Assembly (NCBI GenBank): GCA_963837175.1
Contig: CAWIMJ010000047.1
Span: forward strand, 32,001 to 96,000
From: an uncultured Nitrososphaeraceae archaeon
Lineage (GTDB): Archaea > Thermoproteota > Nitrososphaeria > Nitrososphaerales > Nitrososphaeraceae
Direction: 5' to 3'
Length of the DNA stretch: 64,000 bases
Positions 22,549 to 34,400 of this stretch are shown one piece after another. Numbering within the stretch: position 1 is the first letter of the stretch; every line of letters begins with the position of its first letter. A program made the translations under genes and the position numbers. The notes beneath the pieces are model-generated. The model made no database searches. It was not told the DNA's origin and saw nothing but the letters and a program-made list of their open reading frames with translations.

Positions 22549-23316
22549 GTGTTAAGTATACGGCCTATACATTCTAAGGCTGCTTTGCTAATTGACGAAC
22601 AGACAAAAAGACGTAGATATCTAGCAATATCAGATTTGCACATTGGTTTTGAATCTCAGATGAGTACAAGAGGAATTAATATTGACGAACAGACATTTTT
22701 TGACGAAATTAGAAAAGAATTAGCTGATCTCATCAACTTCAACAAAATAGATGCTGTCATTTTACTTGGAGATCTTAAGAATAGTATCCAAACTATTAAT
22801 AAATATGAATGGCAGATGATCCCTCAGTTCTTCAAATTCCTTTCTGAAGTTACGGATATTTATCTGGTGCCAGGTAATCATGACAGCAACATAAGGTTCC
22901 TAATGCCAGAAAATGTCAATATCATGGGCAGCAAGGGAATGATTCTTGATGATACACTTTTTATTCACGGCCATACAATGCCAACGATAGCTAAGGCGAG
23001 TATAAAAAGAATTGTTATGGGTCATATTCATCCGGTATTTCTTAGACACAATAGCGTGATTAACGGACAGAGAGTCTGGATATATCTTAAATTAATAAAA
23101 AAGGCAATATTTCCCGCTACTCAAGGAGATCTTGATATCGTTATAGTTCCTGCGTTTAACAGGTATATTTACGCGATTAATGCAAGACATTATACAAAAT
23201 CTATTTCGCCAATAATAACCAAAGCCATAAAGTCAAATGCAGTTCGACAGGCTCTGCTTGTATCATTGGATGGTTCCATAGTAGGTGATATAGAGAGTCT
23301 TCTGGAAATAATTTAG
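22549..23316 (+). CDS. Metallophosphoesterase (calcineurin-like, archaeal)
   Basis: SDLHIG, LGDL, GNHD, HGH, GHIHP, PAFN. Confidence 0.9.
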   Translation: MLSIRPIHSKAALLIDEQTKRRRYLAISDLHIGFESQMSTRGINIDEQTFFDEIRKELADLINFNKIDAVILLGDLKNSIQTINKYEWQMIPQFFKFLSEVTDIYLVPGNHDSNIRFLMPENVNIMGSKGMILDDTLFIHGHTMPTIAKASIKRIVMGHIHPVFLRHNSVINGQRVWIYLKLIKKAIFPATQGDLDIVIVPAFNRYIYAINARHYTKSISPIITKAIKSNAVRQALLVSLDGSIVGDIESLLEII

Positions 23317-23357
23317 TTATTTCTTTTTAAATAATGTGCACATGTATATTCTACGGC

Positions 23358-26300
23358 TTAGAATACAACGTACGGTTTTAGCGGAGCCAAAGTAGGAGAA
23401 TGTGTTTTTAACCATTCCAGAGTTTTGGTAAAAGACGAAGCTGATTCGATGGTGGTTAGAACAGGAATGCCTAGTTCTACTGCCTTTCTCCTTATCTGAT
23501 ATTCATCGTACAGCATTCCTACATATCTTTCAATTGTAGATGTAGAAGGAATGTTTATTATAAAGCTAATTTGTCGTTCAAATAACAAATCTGAAATATT
23601 TGGTTTTCTGTCTGGCTCACTTATCTTATAAACTTGTTGAACATTTTTGAATTTGTTGTTTTCGATAAACTCTGCTGTATGTTCAGTAGCCATAATATTA
23701 TATCCCATAGCAGAGATTAAAGAGATTATTGGCAGCAATTTCTCCTTGTTCTTTTGTCCTCCGATTGTAATTAGAGCTGAGCCTGATAACGGAAGGGAAT
23801 AACCAGGCAGCTAGGTATGCTTTGGATAAGGCATCGTAAAAGCTTTCGCCAAAGCATGCCACTTCTCCAGTTGATTGCATTTCTACACTTAATACAATAT
23901 CTGCGCCTTCTAATTGCATAAAAGAAAATTGGGGGACTTTGATTCCAAAGCCTGTAGCCTTTAACCAAATATCCTTGGTATGTTTGGGCAGTTGGTGACC
24001 TGTCATTGCTCGCGCTGCCAGATCAATCAAATTCATACCTACAAACTTTGAAACAAAGGGCATCGACCTAGAAGCTCTAACATTTGCTTCAATTACTGAG
24101 ACCTCGTCATCCTTTACTAGATATTGTATGTTAAATGGTCCCTTAATTTTTAAAGCCTTGCCTATTCTTGTTGTATAATCTATGACCGTTTCAATAGTTT
24201 TCCTATCAAGTCTCCAAGGAGGAATGCACATCATAGCATCACCTGAATGAATGCCGGCATTATCAATATGTTCTATAAGAGAGCCTAAGATGACTTCATT
24301 TCCATCAGCTACCGCGTCGACCTCTACTTCTGAAGCCTCCTGTAAGAATTTGCTTATCACTATAGGATGATCGGGACTAATATTTGTTGCATCAGCTAAA
24401 AACTGCTCTAGTTGTTGTTCGCCCCATACGACTTTCATTGCTGCACCACTTAAAACGTAAGAGGGTCTGACCAGTACAGGATATCCTACGATGTCAGCAA
24501 ATTCCTTTGCTTCTCTTAGTTCTGTGAATTTTTTCCATGCCGGCTGTCTAATATTAAGCGAATCTAATAACTGCCCAAACTTTTCTCTATCTTCTGCTCT
24601 ATCAACATCCTCGCTGCTCGTTCCAATAATCTTAATACCATGTTTAGAAAGGTGCGGTGTAAGGTTATTTGCTATTTGACCTCCGACGCAAGTAATAACT
24701 CCGCTGGGTTTCTCATTCTCATATATGTCCATGACTCTCTCATAGGTCAATTCTTCAAAATACAACCTATTAGAGACATCATAATCTGTTGAAACCGTTT
24801 CCGGATTACAATTAATTATGGAAACTTCTTTAATGCCATTCTGTTTCAAGGCCCACACCATATTGACTGTTCCCCAGTCGAATTCTACACTACTACCAAT
24901 CCTGTATGGGCCAGCGCCTAGGACTATTGCACTTTCTTTACTGTTCTCAATTAGTATGTCATCAGTCTGACCACCATATGTCATGTACAGATAATTTGTT
25001 TTGGCCGGCCATTCGGCAGACAATGTGTCGATTTGCTTTACCACTGGTTTTATTCCGAATTTCTGTCTTATCTCTCTGCACTTAAATTCGTCTAATCCTA
25101 AACATCTTCCAATCTGTCTATCAGAAAAACCAATCTTCTTGGCTTCTTTTATTAAATCTACATCAAGGTTTGAATTTCGCAACTTTCCTTCCATAACTAA
25201 AATATTCTTAATCTTCATCAAAAACCATGGATCAATAGCAGAGAGTTGGTTTATCCTATTAATTGTCATGCCAGCCCGAATAGCTTTAACAATAGTAAAT
25301 ATTACTTCATCATTTGGGTGCAATAATGCCTGTTCTAAAGCCTCAGTATATTCACCGGAATCAGCAGTCTCATTGTCGAGATTGGCCACTAAGCCATCCT
25401 TGCCAATGTCGCACATTCTGATTGCTTTCTGGATTACTTCTTCAAAACTGCGACCGATTGCCATTACCTCACCTACTGATTTCATTGTGCTTCCTAGCTT
25501 GCGTTTAACAAATTCAAATTTTTTAAAGTCCCATCTGGGCATCTTTAATACAATATAGTCAAGTGAAGGTTCAAAGCAAGCTGTAGTTGCCTTTGTGATT
25601 CTGTTGATAAGTTCAGGTAGCGAGTACCCAAGGCTAATTTTTGCCGCCATGTATGCCAGAGGATAGCCTGTTGCCTTACTTGCAAGAGCAGAAGATCTAG
25701 ACAGTCTGGCATTAATTTCTATAGCACAATACTCTTCTGATTCTGGATTTAGACCAAATTGTATATTACATTCGCCAATGATATCACAGAAAGTGGTTGC
25801 TCGAATTGCAGCGGATCGTAGCATTTGATATTCAAAATTATTGAGAGTTTGTGAAGGTGCGACAACTATGTTGTCGCCTGTATGAACACGCATTGCTAAA
25901 ATATTTTCCATATTGCAAATGATTACACTATTGCCTCCAGCGTCTCGCATTACTTCATATTCGATTTGTTTCCAATGACCCACATATTTTTCAATTAGAA
26001 CCTGATGGACTATACTAAGAGAAAGCCCTCGGTTAACTATTTCTTCTAACTCGTATTCGTTATATGCAACACCTCCTCCTTTTCCGCCGAGAGTATATGC
26101 AACTCTAATAATAACAGGATAGCCAATTCCCTGAGCGATCTTTAATGCCTCGTTGATCGTGTAAGCGGGTGCACTTGGTAATAGAGGAACACCAGATTTT
26201 ACCATGGCGTTTTTAAATAATTGTCTATCCTCAGTAATCTGTATTCCATGGATTTGCGTTCCTAAAACTCTTATTCCATATTTTTCTATTATTTTCTCTT

Positions 26301-26632
26301 GATAAAGTGATACCCCGCAGTTAAGTGCGGTTTGTCCACCAAAACCTAACATGATAGAATCAGGTCTTTCAGCCTCAATTATCTTCTCGACGTATTTAGG
26401 AGTAATTGGCAAAAGATAAACCTTATCAGCGAATCTCGTATCAGTTTGAATAGTAGCAATATTGGGATTTATGAGAACGCTCTTGATATTGTCTTCTTTG
26501 AGTGCTTTTAAGCATTGAGAACCGGAGTAATCAAAATAGCGGTCAACAATATTGACTTTCGCCTGCTTCTCCGATCTTAATAGCGCCACTACCTAATACG
26601 AGAACTTTCTTTATGGTTTCATCTTTTGCCAA
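23358..26632 (-). CDS. carB: Carbamoyl-phosphate synthase large subunit; exon 1 26632-26558, intron 26557-26536, plus one extra base near 23806-23811
   Basis: TTG start gives MAKDETIKKVLVLGSGAIKIGEAGE, and after the 22-nt insert FDYSGSQCLKAL; two ATP-grasp domains and an MGS domain; reconstructed length 1083 aa. Confidence 0.95.
26536..26557 (-). other. Putative 22-nt bulge-helix-bulge intron in carB mRNA
   Basis: GGCG-AA^A-GUCAA-UAUUG-UUGAC-CGCU-AU^U; removal gives GGC GAA TTT GAT TAC; insert carries an in-frame TGA. Confidence 0.85.
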
Positions 26633-27872
26633 TTTTCCTCCTCTTCCTAGCCTTTATATTTTCCTTAGTTAAAACTCTGGCTGTTTTTTTTATTCTATCC
26701 GATTTATTAAAGTCATTTATTATTTCTTTGAATCTGTCAAAAATAAACATGCAATCGTTTGGTCCTGGCGACGCTTCTGGGTGAAATTGAACAGCTATGA
26801 TTGGTTTTGATTCATGTTCGATACCTTCTATGGTATTATCATCAATATTAGAAAACCAAATCCTGAATCCTGTTTTATAAAGGTTTTTAGGATCTATTCC
26901 ATAGCCATGGTTCTGACTAGTTATGTATGTTTGGTTATTTCTTAGATCTCTACAAGGTTTATTCTGACCACGATGTCCGAATTTTAACTTGTAGGTATCT
27001 GCGCCTCCAGCTAAGGCAAGAATTTGATTTCCCAAACAGATCCCCAAGGTGGGTATAGATTTCTCAATCAATTCAGACGCTGTCATAACTGTAGCTGTGC
27101 AAGTTCTGGGATCTCCAGGACCATTGCTGATCACAACACCGCGTGGTTCATAGGATTTTATTTTTTCATATGGCGTATCCCATGGAAGACGGATCACTTT
27201 GTAGCCTAATCTAATAATATTGCGTATTATGCTATATTTAGTCCCAGTATCCAATAATACTATACATTCATTATTACTGGTTCCATACTCAGATGGTTGA
27301 TTAACTGATACTTCAGGCATAAAGTTTCGTCCTTCATAATCCTCGCTTTTGGCCAATTTTGATAACCTTACCTCGTCAATAGGATCTTTAGAAACTGCAA
27401 GAGCTCCGTTCATTACACCTTTGACCCTTAACTTTTTTGTCAGCTCTCGTGTATCTATACCATAAATACCGGGAACTCGCTCATCATATAACCACTCATC
27501 AAGAGTCTTCACACAACTCCAATGGCTTGCAACATGAGATAGGTCATGAATCAATAAGCCTTTAATCTGAATTTTCTCAGATTCAAAATATCTTGGCAAG
27601 CCGAATTTGTCTTTTATCCCGTAAGTAGGAACACCGTAGTTTCCAATAATTGGATAAGTCAGACACAATATTTGGCCTCGATAGGAGGGATCGGTGAGCG
27701 CTTCTGTATAACCGACCATCCCTGTATTAAAAACTATCTCTCCAGCAATCTCATCAGGATAACCAAAACCTGTTCCTGAAAATAAACTGCCGTCTTCGAG
27801 TATTAATCTCGCATTATATGCAGTATATTTAGATTCAAGAGTAGGAATTTTAGACCCTTTCAAGCTGTTCAT
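26619..27872 (-). CDS. carA: Carbamoyl-phosphate synthase small subunit
   Basis: FNTGMVGY, TDPSY, SNGPGDP, GICLG, HRGQN, SQNHGY, QFHPEASPGP. Confidence 0.97.
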   Translation of the reverse strand: MNSLKGSKIPTLESKYTAYNARLILEDGSLFSGTGFGYPDEIAGEIVFNTGMVGYTEALTDPSYRGQILCLTYPIIGNYGVPTYGIKDKFGLPRYFESEKIQIKGLLIHDLSHVASHWSCVKTLDEWLYDERVPGIYGIDTRELTKKLRVKGVMNGALAVSKDPIDEVRLSKLAKSEDYEGRNFMPEVSVNQPSEYGTSNNECIVLLDTGTKYSIIRNIIRLGYKVIRLPWDTPYEKIKSYEPRGVVISNGPGDPRTCTATVMTASELIEKSIPTLGICLGNQILALAGGADTYKLKFGHRGQNKPCRDLRNNQTYITSQNHGYGIDPKNLYKTGFRIWFSNIDDNTIEGIEHESKPIIAVQFHPEASPGPNDCMFIFDRFKEIINDFNKSDRIKKTARVLTKENIKARKRRKIGKR

Positions 27873-28178
27873 GAAAGGGAATTTAAGTTTTTGGTCTGTG
27901 GTATTAGTTAACTAAAACTCTATTGAATACCGTAGCAAATACAATAAACTCAATAACGATAAGTTCACAGGATGGTAAGGAGGCAGTTTATAAAAAATAA
28001 TATGATAAAGTCGGGCCTTCTAATTTTAACCCTAAAATTTCAAACCGAAGCGGTCATAATACATTTTTGATCCTTTATATAAATGCCAGAATAGATATCG
28101 AAAGTTTGTTAGATTATTTGGCTCAATCAAATTGACTCCTATTATTTTAGAAATTTAAATAATACATGGATAAGAGTC

Positions 28179-29075
28179 TTAAAACTCGACTGTCTTGCGA
28201 TATAGCTCAAATCTTTTTTGGATATCTTCTCTGGTAATGGCAAGTAATCTCTTCACTCCAAAGTCTTCAACAGCGAACGCTCCCATAACGTTTCCATGAA
28301 CTACTGCTTCCTTGAAAGTCTTGATTTCGAGATTATCTTGCTGAGCTAGGTAACCAATGAATCCCCCCGCAAAAGCATCTCCTGCTCCTGTTGGATCCAC
28401 TATTTCTTCCATTGGATATGCTGCCGCAGGAAAAATGTAATCGTCCATGAATAACAATGAACCGTTCTCTCCTTTTTTTATAATTGTAAACTGCGGTCCC
28501 CAAGACATTATCATTTTAGCACATTTAATTAGATTAGCCGTCTTGCACAATAGTCTTGCTTCCTCATCATTAATCACTACTCCATTAACTTTGCTCATCA
28601 TTTTGATTACTTCATCCCTTTTGTTTAAAATCCAATACTCTATCGTATCACAAACTGTTAATTTGGGAGTTGGAAAAAATTCAAGTAACTTGATGTTTTG
28701 AATAGGATCGTTATTAGCTAGATAGATATATTTTGATTGTTTATAATCATTAGGTATTGTAGGTTCAAAATGCGCTATTACATTTAATTCTGTTTTATTA
28801 GTAGTACGGTGAGAAAGGTCATAGTCAAAGGTAGAATCATAATGAAACGTCTTATCTTGCAGGTTAGTGACAATTCCTCTAGTATCTAATCTATTGTCTA
28901 GAATCTCTCTATAACGTGATGGAAAATCAGAACCTGTAACTCCAACTATACAAGTACGTGTATAGAAGCTGGACGAAAGAGATGCAAACGTAGCCGCCCC
29001 TCCCATAATTTTTATTTCATTTCTAAAAGGTGTGCGGGTTGTATCTAATGCAATGGTTCCAAAGACTGTTAACAT
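28179..29075 (-). CDS. PfkB-family carbohydrate kinase
   Basis: GGAATF, INDEEA, DPTGAGDAFAGG. Confidence 0.9.
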   Translation of the reverse strand: MLTVFGTIALDTTRTPFRNEIKIMGGAATFASLSSSFYTRTCIVGVTGSDFPSRYREILDNRLDTRGIVTNLQDKTFHYDSTFDYDLSHRTTNKTELNVIAHFEPTIPNDYKQSKYIYLANNDPIQNIKLLEFFPTPKLTVCDTIEYWILNKRDEVIKMMSKVNGVVINDEEARLLCKTANLIKCAKMIMSWGPQFTIIKKGENGSLLFMDDYIFPAAAYPMEEIVDPTGAGDAFAGGFIGYLAQQDNLEIKTFKEAVVHGNVMGAFAVEDFGVKRLLAITREDIQKRFELYRKTVEF

Positions 29076-29173
29076 ATTCCAAATTCAAGGTTTTGTTATT
29101 GAGTAAATAAACCTTAATCCTCAGCCTACGTTAATGATCAAATATATATTAAAATAAAAGCGCAATTGCAGTA

Positions 29174-29734
29174 ATGCGACTTATTATAGCAATAACTGGC
29201 AGTTCCGGAGTAATTTATGGAATAAAGACACTTGAGGTACTTAGAGATCTCAAACAAGAATCCCACTTAATCATAAGTAAATGGGGAGAAAGAAATGTGA
29301 TGATAGAAACTGAGAATAGTATAGAGTATGTGAAATCTCTTGCTTCCACGTTTTACAGTAATGATAATATGGCTGCTGCTATTTCAAGCGGGTCATTTAG
29401 AACAGATGGAATGGTTGTCATTCCTTGTAGCATGAAAACATTATCGAGTATTGCGAATGGGTATGACGATAATCTTATATCTAGGGCTGCAGGAGTATGT
29501 ATAAAAGAATCGCGGAAATTAGTTATTGTACCACGGGAAACACCTCTTTCAAAAATCCATCTTGAAAATATGCTTAAGCTATCACAAATAGGTGTCATCA
29601 TTTTACCTGCAATGCCGGCTTTTTATCATAAACCAAAGACCATGGAGGATATGATCGGTCATATTGTTGGTAAGATGCTAGATCAATTCGGTATTGAACA
29701 TAATATTTTTAGAAGATGGTCAGAGCATCATTAG
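29174..29734 (+). CDS. ubiX: UbiX-family flavin prenyltransferase
   Basis: ITGSSG, ISSGS, PCSMKTL, PRETP, PAMPAFYHKP. Confidence 0.93.
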   Translation: MRLIIAITGSSGVIYGIKTLEVLRDLKQESHLIISKWGERNVMIETENSIEYVKSLASTFYSNDNMAAAISSGSFRTDGMVVIPCSMKTLSSIANGYDDNLISRAAGVCIKESRKLVIVPRETPLSKIHLENMLKLSQIGVIILPAMPAFYHKPKTMEDMIGHIVGKMLDQFGIEHNIFRRWSEHH

Positions 29735-30018
29735 CCAGGCTCACTTGCTTTATTCTTATCCATTTTGTTAGCAATCTTCTTGGCTATTTTAAATGAAAAT
29801 CCCATGCCCATAAAAAAGACAATAGAACTAATAATAACCTGGCTGGCAACATCCGTGGTATAAGTTCTTACTAACAATAGAGCGATAATGCCTGGTATCG
29901 CCATGACCATTGCTACGATTGTACTTGCGGTGTAGTAAGCCGATTTTGAGACAGGATAATTATCAGAATTTTTGCCCGAGCTATCATTCAAGACATAGAT
30001 ATGGCGGGAAGAGACCAT
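29731..30018 (-). CDS. Small two-TM membrane protein
   Basis: Two hydrophobic segments and basic C-terminus; start uncertain. Confidence 0.6.
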   Translation of the reverse strand: MVSSRHIYVLNDSSGKNSDNYPVSKSAYYTASTIVAMVMAIPGIIALLLVRTYTTDVASQVIISSIVFFMGMGFSFKIAKKIANKMDKNKASEPG

Positions 30019-31221
30019 ATAAATTATATTTATTAGGGCTTATTTGGATCTATGCATTTCTAATGTCTGAAGGGAACTGCAAACTGATGCATTAGATAAA
30101 GATGTGTAAATAAAATTGAGTGCTAAATAAGAGAGGCAATTTATGTTCAATTTAACATCATCATGATCATGAATGTAACTAAATTATAATTTCCCGGCAT
30201 CTGCAGCGAATGAATAGTATTATTACATTGATAGACATATTAACTGATTGATTAATTAATAATGATAATATATTACTCCCTCAAACATATGGATATAGTT
30301 AGTTGTAGTAAGGTATTCGTTTCTCATAAAATGAACTAATTACAACAGAAAAATTCTTTCGCCCCTTAGATCTCGACCTCTATCCTAGATAATAACATCA
30401 TAACCTTCGCCAAGGACCAAAAAAGTTTGTGGTGATATTTATCCTCATAAAACATATTAGTGAATGCATTAACGAATTAATTCCCTAGTGCCATCATCAA
30501 CTTAAGAGACACTATTATTACTTCTACAACCAGCATTAATACCCCTGTTATTAAGGAAAAAATTAAAGAAACTTATACTAAGTAGGAGAAGGAAGGAAGA
30601 GAATTAAAAAAACCTGAATAAACAAATCATGAAAAGAACCCGAACTTTTACATTTGTTATGTAACTGTATCATTAGGGGTTTTCATCTTTCTATAATTAG
30701 TCAAGGAAGCCAACTACTTGTAACACCGGCAAGTCCATTTGCTTATGCCATATCAGAAATTAGTTATTCAGCAAACTAAATAGGAAAAGATATACAGACA
30801 GACAATGTCATGAATTACCTAAACGAAGGTGAATATTTTCTGAAGTGCTGCCAAATCCTGATGAAGCAACAAAAAAAACAAAACAACATTATGGATAAGC
30901 TAGAAGAAATAATTGTATCAATAGACTAAATCAGATACATCAAATTCTGGGGCAGCACAAATTCTTTAATATGTATCAAAACACGAGGAATAATTTACAT
31001 AATTTGAAAAGCATGGTGATTCTTCAGCCCAGCATAGGCAAGCATACTCTGTCTGACTTGTAAATAGAAATTAATTACCTTGATCATTATTTGCATGAAA
31101 GGGTGGACGACTGATTTGACATAGTGAGATAAAAAAAATTTTTCTGATTTACCGATCGATTTTATCACACCTCTATGCGCTGCTTTTTATTCTTGCAGTC
31201 TTGACCTTAAGATTTCAAATG

Positions 31222-31800
31222 CTATAGTATCCGCATTGAGTCATTTTCCCATAGCCGCATTCGATCTAACTTGGATTTCCTTTTTGCCTCTTGCAACATA
31301 TTGTAGACATTCGCATGCGATCTTCCTTTCGATAGCATAGTCACCGCTTCTGTCGCAAGCTTTATTTCTTCAAAGGTTCCAATGAGTCCAACAGTATGAC
31401 CATAGATCGACATATAAGCTCCACTTATCTCTTCGATTGTTTTCCTAGATTTTCCGGCTTCTCCAATTATTCTTCCTTTGATTCTGCTTAGAGAATTAGC
31501 AGATTTGCCAGTATAATCTCTCAGATCAACTAACTGCAAAATTTCTTCTTCCCCTAGCAATCTATATGCACGCTCCGGGGAGAACCCTTTGGCAATAGCA
31601 GAGACTATCTCGACAGCTTTGAACGGTTCCGTTTCAATTATCGGCTTTGAAGTAGAGGAAATTATCGCATTCCCGTTTTCACCATCGACCTCAATTGTGA
31701 CATTACATTTATCCTGAATCTGTGTTTTCACCTTGCCATTTTTTCCAATAATAACGCCTATTCTATCGTTTGGAATTTTTATTACTTGCCGAAAGATCAA
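31222..31800 (-). CDS. KH-domain RNA-processing protein (Dim2/Pno1-like)
   Basis: RIGVIIGKNG and RIKGRIIGEAGK KH motifs, AIAKGFSPERA. Confidence 0.9.
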   Translation of the reverse strand: MIFRQVIKIPNDRIGVIIGKNGKVKTQIQDKCNVTIEVDGENGNAIISSTSKPIIETEPFKAVEIVSAIAKGFSPERAYRLLGEEEILQLVDLRDYTGKSANSLSRIKGRIIGEAGKSRKTIEEISGAYMSIYGHTVGLIGTFEEIKLATEAVTMLSKGRSHANVYNMLQEAKRKSKLDRMRLWENDSMRIL

Positions 31801-32602
31801 TTTATTTCTCCTACAATTCTCTTTATTACTTATTCGTTTTATAAAATTTTAACATTATACTCCGCTTAAAAATAGTTATAATAATTATATCATGTTTCAA
31901 AAATTGATATGATCAAAATGTTAACGTCTCCTGACTAATGCAAGTCAAAGAAGATGAGTCGTGCAAAACTAGCATCTTAATATATGCTATAGTAAGGCAG
32001 ATATGTATATAATGTTGATTTATTTTATTATAAACTGATCCTACTTCCCTGATGATATAATTGTAATCCTCAAAAGTGCTCAGGTTTCCATCTACTGATT
32101 TTAGATAAAAAGAACCTTCAGATTGCTGTAGACTCTCGCTAGAACATTTAAATGAATATGATAGTGAGTACAACCGATCACCTAGCCTGATAAGCAGTAT
32201 TCAAAGTAGCAACACATGCTTGATGCCAAATTGCAAATAAATTCTAAGAATAGTTTAATATTTAAAATTCGCATATGCTAGCGTATATTGAGGCCTTGTT
32301 GTGAATTTCATTTCTAAAACTGTAAGGTATATTTCTGTTGCATAAATTTTGTCATTATTATATAATCCAACAAAGCTTTGCATGGTGGAACTAAAGATCT
32401 GATAAAAGATTTAAACTTACTCAGAAATGATAATTTTTTAGCACCAAATCTCTGAGAACGGCAAAGACTTCATTAAAAGCTATTATTTGCTGACTTGTTA
32501 AATAAATATTCTTGGCATCTATTGCTAAAGTATTAACTACTGCTCTATTCAAAGCTTCCTTCTGAGCATGATACTATGTTCTTAGTTATTATTTAACAAT
32601 AG

Positions 32603-32911
32603 TTAATATCTATTCTGAAACTTAAAAATCATCAAGAAAGGTATTCCTGATATCGTCTTTATGCTTATTTTTTTTGCTAATCTCATCTCTATGGCTTTGT
32701 TTACAATTCTTTGTCCCACTAAATTTGCAACAGAGCATCTCTGAAGGAGGCTCTCCGCCTTACTTTCTTCAATTATTTCTTGTTGGAAATATTCCTTAGT
32801 TAAATCGATTACAATTTCATCCTGTTCTAATTTGGTTCCTACTAGCTCAATATCGCAAATATTAACCATTGTTGAGCCTTGATAGCTCATCGTTCTAAGT
32901 GCGTAATTCAT
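32603..32911 (-). CDS. DUF424-family protein
   Basis: VNICDIELVG, ANLVG...I..IP; ATG (MNYALR) preferred as start. Confidence 0.8.
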   Translation of the reverse strand: MNYALRTMSYQGSTMVNICDIELVGTKLEQDEIVIDLTKEYFQQEIIEESKAESLLQRCSVANLVGQRIVNKAIEMRLAKKISIKTISGIPFLMIFKFQNRY

Positions 32912-33024
32912 TCTCAAGTGTCCTGTCGGAAAAATTATATAAAATAACATTTTTAGCCATATATATGTGTAAATAATTCGTTTACCTTCAATTATTCTCT
33001 ACGTTATAATAGAAAATCCTCTTA

Positions 33025-33885
33025 CTATGACCCATAAGTTTCTATTTTAATGTCAAACGAATTGTCTTTTCTTTTGTTTATATTCGTGACAAATCCCGCG
33101 GGAGTCAACAATTTACTTACTGCATCAATCGTTCCCTGGTATCCACATATATGAAAGAAAGAATTTTCAGGAGTGATTCTCTCTCCTACAATTCGCTCTA
33201 GCTCCGAAGTATTATCATTATTCCTTATAAGTAATGATTCTACTCTCCCAGTATTTCCATTCCATCCTGCCGAAAGAGGATGATCAGGTCTGCTTACAGT
33301 GGGTAAGTATCTAAAGTTCCAGTTATTCTGAGTCTGTGCCTGTAAATTTTCCAGAATATCTCGATAACCCAAATCTGCAGCATATTTTGCTCCATGCATC
33401 AAGATTATCTCTCTACGAGTACCTATGTTTTTTAAATGAAGAATATAACTTATGAACGGGGCTAAACCAGTTCCAGAAGCAACTAGTATAAGTCGTCTCA
33501 TATCCAATGATCCATCCATTTTTTTTTCTTCTATGGTAAAAAATCCAGCAGGATAACGCCAATAAACCCTGTCCCGTTCTTTTAAGTTGAATATAGCACT
33601 CGTTAGCTTACCCGGAAGAGGCTCAGTTACCATTTTGATGTATAATTCAAAATGTCTTTTTTCTTCTGGAGGGGATGCAATGGAGTATGCCCTGTAAGTT
33701 ATTCTATTGTCATAAGGCAGATCTACACCGAGGGACACGAATTGACCTGCCCGAAAATCAGGTACCGTTCCTCCTTCAGGTATAAATCGTAGTATTTCCA
33801 ATTCATTAGTTAAATATTTTTTATAAATAATTATGCCTAAATTAGGAGCTGATGTTATGCGTCTACTGCTTAGAGTTGAATTCAT
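33025..33885 (-). CDS. Ferredoxin--NADP(+) reductase family oxidoreductase
   Basis: AGQF, RAYSIAS, GKLT, ASGTGLAPF, HICG, C-terminal ETYGS. Confidence 0.88.
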   Translation of the reverse strand: MNSTLSSRRITSAPNLGIIIYKKYLTNELEILRFIPEGGTVPDFRAGQFVSLGVDLPYDNRITYRAYSIASPPEEKRHFELYIKMVTEPLPGKLTSAIFNLKERDRVYWRYPAGFFTIEEKKMDGSLDMRRLILVASGTGLAPFISYILHLKNIGTRREIILMHGAKYAADLGYRDILENLQAQTQNNWNFRYLPTVSRPDHPLSAGWNGNTGRVESLLIRNNDNTSELERIVGERITPENSFFHICGYQGTIDAVSKLLTPAGFVTNINKRKDNSFDIKIETYGS

Positions 33886-34400
33886 AGATGGCTTATTTAG
33901 TTATCTAGTGTATAAAGCATTATAATAGCCAACAAATATAGAACATGTTTTATTAAGACAGAAGGCTATTGTACTTTTTAAAATAATAACACAGAGAAAT
34001 GCAATCTCTAAGCGACACCCATCAGAACACAGTTCAAATTGACGGAGTTACTTTTTAATGGGAATAGGGCACTCTTGTCCAGACAAATAGTATCTATACA
34101 ATTACAACTCTATATAGCATATACATTAAGTATAAGGTAATAATAAAATATCAAAGTAAACAATCATCAAGGGATAAATCCAAAGGCTTTTTTTGAATAA
34201 CCACAAAACTACCTAATCCCCTTCAAGAAATCAGATATACTGAACTGCACAGGAAGATGGTAAAATTGTTTTAGAAAAATTAAATTAATAAGTCTTGAAT
34301 AAGATTATCTTTAAAGTAGGAAATCATCAATAACCAATTCCATTTTATCTCGTCAAATTAATTAACAAGTATATTATACTATAATCATACGTAGCAATAG

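Noticed and set aside
23698-26589. Track ORF of 963 aa plus a separate 126-aa ORF read as a naturally split carB
   Set aside because: Both termini are off-frame artefacts; removing the 22-nt insert and one extra base gives a single typical 1083-aa CarB.
27873-28100. Leader peptide or attenuator upstream of carA
   Set aside because: A leader of about 100 nt is plausible, but no convincing uORF or hairpin was seen.
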